Positions 23,964 to 31,341 of a DNA stretch of 33,691 bases are shown in pieces. Made by a program: the position numbers and the translations under genes. Positions within the stretch are counted from its first letter, which is position 1; every line of letters begins with the position of its first letter. This stretch comes from a virus. The notes under the pieces are model-generated. The model saw only the letters and a program-made list of their open reading frames with translations. It searched no databases and was not told the origin of the DNA. Location of the stretch: the IMG/VR virus record IMGVR_UViG_3300017765_000017. The stretch is one strand, 5' to 3'.

Positions 23964-25120
23964 GCTAGTAACGTGTATCCTTGTAAGTTATACGGGTCTT
24001 GAAATATGCCAGCCTGTGTTCCAGCACGGCGGCGGTATTCTAAATTTGCTGCCTCAAATTCTTCCGGGGTCATAAATCCTGTGCCGTAAGTTGATGCAAA
24101 ACCGCCCAAGTCTTCTGGTGCTACATCCAGCAAGCCCATACGAGCGTATGTGCCGGGTTCATATGTGAAACCGTCACCGCCTACTGTTTCGCCTACTGTT
24201 TCGCCTACTGTTTCGCCTACGTTAGCTAGTGGTGCGGAAACACGACATGCTTGTATGTCAGCATCGAATACATAACCTTCTGGGCATTGCTGCTCTCCAG
24301 TTACTGGGTTCGTTTGCGTTGGGACGATTTCTCTTTCTGGGCCATCTCCTTGTGGCCCGGCACCCGGCCCTCTTCCAAAGCCAGTATAAACGCCACCAAG
24401 ATCTGCCTCTGTTGTGGGTTCTGGCATAAGGCTAGTAAGCAATCCAGCAATACCGGGCGTAAAACCAAGAATGCTTGGCCCTGTAAAACCAGTAACTTTT
24501 CCAGTGTCATCAAAATCATAATTATAAGCACCAGTAAAGAACGGCGAAGTAGGGTCTAACATAGCTTTCATATAAGATGGCATTGCTTTAAACTGCTCAC
24601 GAGTTAATCCAGCCATTTTTCTTGTGCCACCTATATTGCCTAAAGCCTGACTAACAGCCCTATCTAATTGGGCTTTTGTAGCTGCGCCATAGTCGGTCTC
24701 ATCAAACGCTTGCTTTAAGCCAGCAGCTTTCTCAGCCGCTCTTTTTGCGGCGGTTTCTTGTGCGAGTTTAGCATTTGCTGCGGCTATTCTTTGCCTAGCG
24801 GCTTCACCGGCTGCTTGCCTTTCTCTTTCTTGCGCTGCTTCTCTTGCTCTATCAGCGGCCCTATCTCTAGCAGCTTGCGCCGCATCTCTATCTTCGCTTC
24901 TGCCATCATAATCTCTGCCACGTCCCCCAAATCCGCCCTGAGAGCGACCAGCGTCTGGGCCGCCATAAAAAGCAGGGATACCCATTGGCCCCGGCTTTCC
25001 CGCGCCGCCGTTGTTCATAAGCAACTGTGCCTCATCTGGTGTGATGTAAGCCAGTAAGTGGTCTTGACCGCGAATATCTACGCGGCGTGGCGGATTATTG
25101 CTTTTCATCTTATTCGGCAT
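23960..25120 (-). CDS. Virion-associated protein with a conserved N-terminal LLAYITPDEAQLL...GIPAFY motif
   Basis: The motif HLLAYITPDEAQLLMNNGGAGKPGPMGIPAFYGG recurs in marine phage structural modules, as I recall. Follows the portal gene and contains an in-frame GETV tandem repeat. Confidence 0.5.
   Translation of the reverse strand: MPNKMKSNNPPRRVDIRGQDHLLAYITPDEAQLLMNNGGAGKPGPMGIPAFYGGPDAGRSQGGFGGRGRDYDGRSEDRDAAQAARDRAADRAREAAQERERQAAGEAARQRIAAANAKLAQETAAKRAAEKAAGLKQAFDETDYGAATKAQLDRAVSQALGNIGGTRKMAGLTREQFKAMPSYMKAMLDPTSPFFTGAYNYDFDDTGKVTGFTGPSILGFTPGIAGLLTSLMPEPTTEADLGGVYTGFGRGPGAGPQGDGPEREIVPTQTNPVTGEQQCPEGYVFDADIQACRVSAPLANVGETVGETVGETVGGDGFTYEPGTYARMGLLDVAPEDLGGFASTYGTGFMTPEEFEAANLEYRRRAGTQAGIFQDPYNLQGYTLLA
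24179..24220. repeat. 12-bp tandem repeat, 3.5 copies (gcctactgtttc), in frame, encoding (GETV)n
   Basis: Units at 24179-24190, 24191-24202 and 24203-24214, plus a half unit at 24215-24220. Confidence 0.9.
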
Positions 25121-25121
25121 T

Positions 25122-27134
25122 TTACACTCGCGGCAGGTTGGTTGAGATTTGTGAATCTGTTACAGCTTTCGCCATACGCAACTCAGCTTCGGCTTGCAAC
25201 TCCTGACGGCGTAGTTCCATCTCCATCGTCATTCGCTCACGCTCTAGCTGAATATCGGCTTGCATCTTCTCACGCTTCAACGCCAGTTCTGCTTTCATCT
25301 GCTGCTGCTTCATAGCAATAGCTGGATCTGGCTGTGGTGGCTGCTGCTGTTGTTGCTGTTGCTGCATCTGTATCTGCTGTGGGCTGCTAAAGAACATATC
25401 AGCGTCCTTGAAGCCACCAATCTCAGCAATGCTGCGAAGTGTGTTTACATACTGAGCCATAGTTACAACAGGATTGCTTGGCCCTAACTGCATCAATATC
25501 TGCTCTTGCTTTGCAGCAATCTGTGTCAGGAACGCAATCTTCTGCTCATCATCAGCCGTTCCAAGCCCTACCTGTACTACGACATCGTATTCGCTTGTCC
25601 ACTCACGCGGGTCAATCGGCACAAAGTTATTACGCAAACGCACAATGCGCGGCTTGTTGTCGTACTTTGTGACCAAGTGCAAAATGCCTTTAAATAGCGA
25701 TTTTACGCCTGTCTCAGCCATTGTACGCGCATAGCTTTCCAGCTTTACCTGTGCGCCACGAACTGTCGCACTAATGGCGCTGGCGGTCGTTGACTGCAAC
25801 GCATTTGCATCTAAGCCCTGTGATGCTTTGCTCATGCCTGTACGCTGCTCTTTGATGTTGTCCAGATAATCCATCAAAGGCCGTACTTCTCCGCCTACAG
25901 GTGTGCCTGTAATGGCTTGCACCATACCGGGCTGACGAGCGCGAATGATGCCGCCAGCAGTACCCTCAAGCAAATCATCTAGATTCACCTGACCTTCAAC
26001 AGCAACCATACGAGGCAGTGTGCTGGTGTAAACGCTGTCCAGATACTGACGCATCAGTGTTGACTTGATAACCTGTAGGTCTTCAGTCATGTCGTAGATA
26101 CTGCGGCCAATCAGGCGGTGTGGCATCAATACTGGCGATACCACAGCAAACGGCACATGATCGAATGGCTCGTTATGCAGAATGTGTGTGCCTTCAGCAC
26201 CGATAGCACAGATACGGCGGCGTTCAGCAATGCCATCACCGTCATAATCAACCTTCATAATGCACTCGTAGTACACGACCTCGCGCAATGTCGGGTCAGC
26301 CGCGTCAGTGCCTGTATTAGCTTCTAAATCTTGGAAACGATTTGTGCGTTCTTCATCAACATCCAGATCTGACAAACCAGCGTGTGCCTCTACCTCTTCG
26401 CGGTCATAGCCCATAGCTACCAAGTCTGACACTGTCATTGTAGTGCGGTGGGCAACGAAATACGCCTCATCTAAGCTGGTAGCACGGCGATTAACCAGAA
26501 ACTCTTCCGGCGGTACGTTTATGACCTTAATCTTGCCTTTACGCTCCGTAACACGCACAGACAGATCATACGAACTTTCAAGAGGCACCACCGTTCCGTC
26601 ATCTTCCATATACGAATTAACAACGGTTTCTTGCTGCTCAACCACTTCAACATCTGGGTTAGCCAGTAATACGGCAAGTTCGTTTTCATCAAGCCCGTTA
26701 TATTCTTCCTCAGTGACATTTTCTTCCTCTTCATAGAAATACTTGACCACACCAAGACGAAACAACAAGGCGTCCTTGAACCAGTTATACAGGATTTTAT
26801 AGCCTTCATTGTCGTGGTTGATTATGTAATTTACATAGTCACTGACTTGCTCTGCACGTTCCATATCCTCTGCCGTGCGAGCGCTAAAACGTACATATTT
26901 GTCATTGGCTGTGAAGACGCGCATCAGGTTGGGCATAATAGCCTCAACTGTGTCTGCGACTTCTGTGCTTACTACAGATGATCTACCCTCTACCTCGTTG
27001 CCGAATGGCTCGCCAAGGTAGAAGTCCATAGCGCGAATACGCTCTTGAGAAAACTCACTGTCAAAGTGGTTCAGCGCATCGGTAATTTCCGAAGAAACAA
27101 TGCTATTAAGTTTGTAATCATCCATATCTGGCAT
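25122..27134 (-). CDS. Portal protein
   Basis: About 670 aa. Position between the terminase region and the scaffold/capsid genes. Long C-terminal poly-Q plus coiled-coil extension. ATG 27134 with a GAAGGAAAAG RBS is preferred over 27164. Confidence 0.75.
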   Translation of the reverse strand: MPDMDDYKLNSIVSSEITDALNHFDSEFSQERIRAMDFYLGEPFGNEVEGRSSVVSTEVADTVEAIMPNLMRVFTANDKYVRFSARTAEDMERAEQVSDYVNYIINHDNEGYKILYNWFKDALLFRLGVVKYFYEEEENVTEEEYNGLDENELAVLLANPDVEVVEQQETVVNSYMEDDGTVVPLESSYDLSVRVTERKGKIKVINVPPEEFLVNRRATSLDEAYFVAHRTTMTVSDLVAMGYDREEVEAHAGLSDLDVDEERTNRFQDLEANTGTDAADPTLREVVYYECIMKVDYDGDGIAERRRICAIGAEGTHILHNEPFDHVPFAVVSPVLMPHRLIGRSIYDMTEDLQVIKSTLMRQYLDSVYTSTLPRMVAVEGQVNLDDLLEGTAGGIIRARQPGMVQAITGTPVGGEVRPLMDYLDNIKEQRTGMSKASQGLDANALQSTTASAISATVRGAQVKLESYARTMAETGVKSLFKGILHLVTKYDNKPRIVRLRNNFVPIDPREWTSEYDVVVQVGLGTADDEQKIAFLTQIAAKQEQILMQLGPSNPVVTMAQYVNTLRSIAEIGGFKDADMFFSSPQQIQMQQQQQQQQPPQPDPAIAMKQQQMKAELALKREKMQADIQLERERMTMEMELRRQELQAEAELRMAKAVTDSQISTNLPRV

Positions 27135-27135
27135 A

Positions 27136-27357
27136 TTACTTTTCCTTCGGCTTCTTACGCCCATACATGCAAGTGCCGCTGGCCTTACACATCTTTTTAG
27201 CTACACAACCTTTACAGGCAGAAAAGCCAACATTTTCAACAGCTTCTAATACCGCAGATGCTGAAACGGAAGCCGTCACTTTCGCTTGGGCTTCCTTGCT
27301 TAATTGCAGTGGCCTACGACGCTGTGTGCGTGGCCGCATCATCACTCGTGTGTACAT
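27136..27357 (-). CDS. Tiny basic Cys-containing protein G
   Basis: MYTRVMMRPRTQRRRP...FSACKGCVAKKMCKASGTCMYGRKKPKEK. Coupled start and stop. Confidence 0.55.
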   Translation of the reverse strand: MYTRVMMRPRTQRRRPLQLSKEAQAKVTASVSASAVLEAVENVGFSACKGCVAKKMCKASGTCMYGRKKPKEK

Positions 27358-27563
27358 CAGTCGCTTGCAAAACTTCCTGTCATAACATTTTGACGATCTT
27401 TAGCTGCCTTTCTTTCTTGAGCAGCCATACGCTTTTTTGTTGCTTCTATGCGGCCTTCTGTCATAGGGCGCATTGAGGATGGTGTTCTGCGACCAGTAAA
27501 TTTTTCAATAGCTGTAGGTCGTGGCATAGGCATAGCCATATTGCTTTTACTTTTGTATGTCAT
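27357..27563 (-). CDS. Tiny basic protein F
   Basis: 68 aa, Arg/Lys/Met/Pro-rich, with ATGA-type coupling on both sides. Confidence 0.5.
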   Translation of the reverse strand: MTYKSKSNMAMPMPRPTAIEKFTGRRTPSSMRPMTEGRIEATKKRMAAQERKAAKDRQNVMTGSFASD

Positions 27564-27748
27564 TTCTTTGCGGCCTTCTTTTTTCCAACTTTGCGAAGCG
27601 GTGATGTCATACCAACGCCTGTTGATGTTTTAACAGGAACAGATTCCGGCTCTGGTAATATAACAGGTTCTGCACCATTTTTATAGACTATGCAACGACC
27701 CGCTGGCTCACAACGCCGGGGCATAGGACAATTGTCACAAATATTCAT
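27560..27748 (-). CDS. Tiny basic Cys-containing protein E
   Basis: MNICDNCPMPRRCEPAGRC... with a KVGKKKAAKK tail. ATGA overlaps. Confidence 0.5.
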   Translation of the reverse strand: MNICDNCPMPRRCEPAGRCIVYKNGAEPVILPEPESVPVKTSTGVGMTSPLRKVGKKKAAKK

Positions 27749-27969
27749 GCTTTATTCCTTTTCTTGCCACTAGAAGTCACAGACCAGCTAACGCGCTTCG
27801 GCCCGGTTTTCTTACTAGCTTCTTTCTTGCTTATACGTCCAGCAACCTTTGCGGGTCTACAGGCTGGGTATCCACGCTTCTCGCCTTTAGAGCGACCACA
27901 GGGTTTCCCGGTCTTTACATCGACCCATTTTTCGCCGAACCATTTACCTAAACCCGCCTGTGCAGCCAT
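27745..27969 (-). CDS. Tiny basic protein D (KWFGEKWVD...GYPACRP motif)
   Basis: Internal ATG 27969 forms a TAATG overlap with the unlisted upstream ORF (MAAQAGLGKWFGEKWVDVKTGKPCGRSKGEKRGYPACRP...). Confidence 0.55.
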   Translation of the reverse strand: MAAQAGLGKWFGEKWVDVKTGKPCGRSKGEKRGYPACRPAKVAGRISKKEASKKTGPKRVSWSVTSSGKKRNKA

Positions 27970-28142
27970 TACGCTTTCCTTACACGATTGTCTGAGCCGC
28001 CCCACTTGCCGCCACGTTCTTTGTACCACTTTGCCGCATAAGCATTAGCGTAAGCTGACGGGTAAACATCAAACTTACGCTTTGCTGCTGCTATGGCTTT
28101 TTTCCACAGAGCGGGGTTTTTTGGAACTGATTTGCCAGCCAT
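27969..28142 (-). CDS. Tiny basic protein C (57 aa, not in the track; YPSAYANAYAAKWYKERGG motif)
   Basis: My own translation from ATG 28142: MAGKSVPKNPALWKKAIAAAKRKFDVYPSAYANAYAAKWYKERGGKWGGSDNRVRKA, with TAA at 27971-27969. Confidence 0.6.
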   Translation of the reverse strand: MAGKSVPKNPALWKKAIAAAKRKFDVYPSAYANAYAAKWYKERGGKWGGSDNRVRKA

Positions 28143-28182
28143 TACTTACCGTAACCTTTGCCTTTTTTCTTTCCGTATCCCA

Positions 28183-28359
28183 TTATGTCCTCTTTCTGGC
28201 CTTCTTTTTGGCCGTTTCTGAAAGTTCACCAAAATGGTACAGCCGAACAGAATTTGCTGTATGCTTTGAGCCGCTATGCAAAGAACCGTCAGGCATCTTG
28301 TGCATACCGCCAGCATACTTTGTACCATCACGAAGATAATGCGCTACACCTTTTGCCAT
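28183..28359 (-). CDS. Tiny basic protein B (MHKMPDGSLHSG motif)
   Basis: ATG 28359 (TAATG overlap) or ATG 28365. Lys/Arg C-terminal tail KKKARKRT. Confidence 0.5.
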   Translation of the reverse strand: MAKGVAHYLRDGTKYAGGMHKMPDGSLHSGSKHTANSVRLYHFGELSETAKKKARKRT

Positions 28360-28640
28360 TACCATTTCACCTTATTAGCCCAATAGGCCGCTGAACATTT
28401 ACCTTTGGCAATATTTTTCGCATGTCTTGCTTTGAAGGACTTGCGCCTCGCTTTTTCAGCCATCGTGCGAGGGTTTTTGCCGGCACCGCTAACGCCTTGC
28501 TGACCAAACCTGATTGTCTTAACGCTACCGTCTTCGCATTTTGCCACGACAACGTGGCTCTTTTTAGGATGATTAGGGGTGCGTTTGGGCTTATTATAGC
28601 CAGATACACCAGCGCGTTCCAGCCGTGGATCTCTAGGCAT
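28359..28640 (-). CDS. Small basic protein A (..KSHVVVAK..IRFGQQG..SAAYWANKVKW)
   Basis: 93-aa track ORF. Its start overlaps the upstream stop in ATGCCTAG. Confidence 0.6.
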   Translation of the reverse strand: MPRDPRLERAGVSGYNKPKRTPNHPKKSHVVVAKCEDGSVKTIRFGQQGVSGAGKNPRTMAEKARRKSFKARHAKNIAKGKCSAAYWANKVKW

Positions 28641-28920
28641 CGTATTTAACCTCTTGCACCTTCACGGATTCAAACGTGTCTTCAATCTCTTCCGTAGACA
28701 GCCCGGCTCTCAAGCCAGCATTAACTGCTACAGACATAGCCGCGTCCATCACATGCTGCCATTTTGCGTCAGAAGTGACAATAAGTCCAGCAGTGTGCAT
28801 TTCCATCATCACCACAATGGCCTCGACCATCTCTTCATATTCTTCCTGAGTTTCTTCCAACTCAACCTCAACGTCAATTTCTAAGCCGCGCTTCGGAAAC
28901 TTCAGAATATTGTCAGTCAT
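28633..28920 (-). CDS. Small acidic protein
   Basis: ATG 28920 forms an ATGA overlap with the TerL stop. Contains EIDVEVELEETQEEYEEMVEAI. Confidence 0.55.
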   Translation of the reverse strand: MTDNILKFPKRGLEIDVEVELEETQEEYEEMVEAIVVMMEMHTAGLIVTSDAKWQHVMDAAMSVAVNAGLRAGLSTEEIEDTFESVKVQEVKYDA

Positions 28921-30314
28921 ACTACCCATCCTGTGTTTGGTTTAAGACTGCGCTTGCTACTATACCCTCTAGAGTAGCCTCCTGCAATCGCACCGCTTTC
29001 AGCAAAACTCAAAACAAACGCATCAGCCACATCCGGGCTACGCTGGCCCCTACGTTTCATCTCATCTTTGCTTTCTACCTTCAGTTTACCATTAGACAGA
29101 TATTTATACCTAATGCCAGTGATCTCCTGTATCAAAGTCGCATCATTCGGGATGTTGCAATCCCTTGCCTCAAACCATTCACGGGCGTTCCAAAACAACT
29201 CATCTCTCAGCCGATTAAACCGCTCCTTCAAACTAGCAGTCTCCGACACAGAAATTGCAACGGCTGGTAAATCCAACTCGCGCAACCTGTCAGCCAAGCC
29301 AGCACCAATGCCAATAGCATCAATAAATATGCTTTGAGGACGCAACCGATATGTAGTTGCCTCAAACTCAGACAGCACAATACCAGCCATCTCCATCAAA
29401 TCACGACCCTGATACGTCTTAATCGGCTCCAGAAGCACATTATCCTGACGCTTGGCTATGGCACTCCTATCACCGCCGAATCTTGCAACGTCCACGCCCC
29501 AAACTACAGGTGCCGTGGGTGACGCTTCGACATCTCTCTTAGTCGCTTCTTCCACAAGATGTAGCGGTAACAAGACATCATCCGACTGGGTAGGGAACTG
29601 ACCCAAGACACGAACTCTGTAAACATTGCTATCTTCACCGTATTTTTCCTTCATATTTTCCAAGAACTGCTCAGAAACAGTCGTGGCATCGTGGCAACTT
29701 ACCGTCATAGTAAACCAGTTTTTACGCTGGCTATGATGGCTCTCATAGAAAAAACCCTCAGAACGTGTGGGGTTTCCGCACATTACCGTCTTAGCGCCGG
29801 GGGTAGACATAGCGCCTTCACCGACCTGAAAGACAACATCGGGAATACCTGACGCCTCTTCGCACAAAAACAGCATATTCTCTGAGTGAAAGCCTTGCAG
29901 AGCTTCTGGGTTCTCACGTCTGCTGGTTCTTGCAACGGCAAAGCTATCTGACGCACCCTTCAAGCTAATCTTGTCGCTCTTAAACTCTAGCAACTGCTTG
30001 AAACCTTCCGGCAACTGACGCGCCCATTTGTCGATCTCAGTCCACAGCACATCACTCAACTGGTGCGCCGTGTTCGCCGTAACAGCAACTTTGCACGGAT
30101 AATGCGTTATCAGCCACCACAGCACGAGCCAGCTTTGAAATGCAGTCTTACCAACACCGTGACCAGATGCAATGCTCACCTTGTCATTGTTGCCTACCGC
30201 CCTCAACGCTTCGGCTTGCCACGGCTGGGGTGTCACCTTCAAAATGCTCTCAACGAATAGAACCGGGTCGTTGTGCAGCTTTACGAGCAGATCAGTGTTT
30301 TCGGTTTTTTTCAC
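28917..30314 (-). CDS. terL: Terminase large subunit
   Basis: Walker A SGHGVGKTA near the N-terminus. 465 aa. ATGA-type overlap with the small subunit gene upstream. Confidence 0.85.
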   Translation of the reverse strand: MKKTENTDLLVKLHNDPVLFVESILKVTPQPWQAEALRAVGNNDKVSIASGHGVGKTAFQSWLVLWWLITHYPCKVAVTANTAHQLSDVLWTEIDKWARQLPEGFKQLLEFKSDKISLKGASDSFAVARTSRRENPEALQGFHSENMLFLCEEASGIPDVVFQVGEGAMSTPGAKTVMCGNPTRSEGFFYESHHSQRKNWFTMTVSCHDATTVSEQFLENMKEKYGEDSNVYRVRVLGQFPTQSDDVLLPLHLVEEATKRDVEASPTAPVVWGVDVARFGGDRSAIAKRQDNVLLEPIKTYQGRDLMEMAGIVLSEFEATTYRLRPQSIFIDAIGIGAGLADRLRELDLPAVAISVSETASLKERFNRLRDELFWNAREWFEARDCNIPNDATLIQEITGIRYKYLSNGKLKVESKDEMKRRGQRSPDVADAFVLSFAESGAIAGGYSRGYSSKRSLKPNTGWVV

Positions 30315-30778
30315 TTCTCTTCAGCCTCGCCCTCAATGGTCTTGTCAGCTAGTCGCTGTTGCTCTATCTGCGCTGCCGCCAGCTTCAACTCATCAACAAA
30401 GCTGACGACCTTATGCTCATGCTCGACCTTCTGGTTCTCGCCGTACAGCTTAGGATACAGCTTTGCCGCTCGCCACTTGTAGGTGTCGATGACCACACGC
30501 GCTTGCTGGGCATCCAACTCGCCGTACTTCATCTGCTCAATAGCGTCGTCAATGTCATCATCAATCTTCTGCGCTCGCAGTTCCATCGCAACACGATACT
30601 TGTCGCGGAACTCGCCGTCATCACGCAGCCATTTGCTGATAGTGGGAAACGTAGGCAACTTGCCACTAGAACACGCCTTACGCGCTGACAGGCCGTCAGA
30701 CACCAGTTCTATGAACAAATCTTTCTGTTCGGCCATCTGTGCGCCAGATATGGGCGCGGGGCCTCTTTTCTTCGGCAT
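30311..30778 (-). CDS. terS: Terminase small subunit
   Basis: N-terminal HTH-like region (FIELVSDGLSARKACS), then DAQQARVVIDTYKWRAAKLYPKLYGE, typical of TerS families. AAGGAG RBS. Confidence 0.7.
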   Translation of the reverse strand: MPKKRGPAPISGAQMAEQKDLFIELVSDGLSARKACSSGKLPTFPTISKWLRDDGEFRDKYRVAMELRAQKIDDDIDDAIEQMKYGELDAQQARVVIDTYKWRAAKLYPKLYGENQKVEHEHKVVSFVDELKLAAAQIEQQRLADKTIEGEAEEK

Positions 30779-30845
30779 ATCTCACTCCTTATTTGCCAAA
30801 TAACATCTTTAGTTTAGCAGTGCAAGAAAACTTGCAACGAATTTT

Positions 30846-30906
30846 GGGTGGCAGGGACGTTTTGGGTGGGGGAGATTGAAGGGGGGGGTGAGAGGGTGAG
30901 AGAGGG
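30846..30906 (+). repeat. G-rich arm with a G-quadruplex-type run pattern on the + strand
   Basis: TTTTGGGTGG occurs twice (30842, 30860). A G8 run lies at 30881-30888. GGGGGGGGTGAGAGGGTGAGAGAGGG gives four G3 runs with loops of 7 nt or less. Confidence 0.8.
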
Positions 30907-31011
30907 ACTATTATATATTTATGCCGCCCCCCGCGCAGATTTGATGGGGGGGTGTGGTATCATAGCACCACATGCCGGGATGTTTTAACGTGTTAGCACA
31001 TGAACACGGCC

Positions 31012-31050
31012 AACATTATGCGACAAAGATAATAAACATTATGCGACAAA
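31012..31050 (+). repeat. Two direct 16-bp repeats AACATTATGCGACAAA (iteron/operator candidates)
   Basis: Copies at 31012-31027 and 31035-31050, 23 bp start to start. Confidence 0.9.
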
Positions 31051-31186
31051 ACAAATCGCGCTAGGCTGCGCTGTGACGGCTTGCAACGACTGCCGATGAC
31101 GGATCATACACGGCGGCACCCAAAGCCAGCCAGTGGCCTTCCTATGGCCTTTCGTGCGCGTTGTGGTATTTTATTACCGTATGACG

Positions 31187-31235
31187 CCCTCACCCCCACC
31201 ACCCTCACCCATTCACCCACAACCACCACCACCAC
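31187..31235 (-). repeat. C-rich arm (G-quadruplex-type pattern on the - strand), an imperfect mirror of the G-rich arm
   Basis: + strand CCCTCACCCCCACCACCCTCACCCATTCACCC. The reverse complement GGGTGAATGGGTGAGGGTGGTGGGGGTGAGGG shares GGGTGAG units with 30846-30906. Confidence 0.8.
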
Positions 31236-31275
31236 AAAAAACCGCTAGCCGTTGCAAGATTTTTGCGTTTTCTGT

Positions 31276-31304
31276 TTGCATTATGTCAATTATATATTTA
31301 CAAT
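31276..31304 (+). promoter_or_regulatory. Sigma70-type early promoter
   Basis: TTGCAT (31276-31281), 17 nt, then TACAAT (31299-31304). The spacer contains CATTATGTCAAT, also found at 3179-3190. An AAGGGG RBS precedes ATG 31342. Confidence 0.6.
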
Positions 31305-31341
31305 CTTATAAATAAGACAATAGCGACAAGGGGTTTTTGCT

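Larger units (their letters stand above)
30779..31341. other. 563-bp non-coding hub between the divergent late (terS) and early operons
   Basis: No credible ORF. Contains a G-rich arm, a C-rich arm, iterons, three CTTGCAACG copies and an early promoter. Confidence 0.85.

Noticed and set aside
28146-28365. Possible programmed frameshift between overlapping frames 28146..28331 and 28183..28365
   Set aside because: There is no slippery heptamer. The 28183..28359 frame plus the separate 27969..28142 ORF explains the region with standard stop/start coupling.
30842-31245. The hub as an inserted MITE-like element bounded by the G-rich and C-rich arms
   Set aside because: The arms are only compositionally similar, not true terminal inverted repeats. 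No target-site duplication is visible. The interval also carries the functional-looking early promoter context and regulatory repeats.
31133-31315. 60-aa Pro-rich track ORF (MAFLWPFVRVVVFYYRMTPSPPPPSPIHPQPPPPQ...) in the hub
   Set aside because: Its Pro-rich run is just the translation of the C-rich arm. It has no RBS, runs through the early promoter, and has low-complexity composition. I treat it as non-coding.
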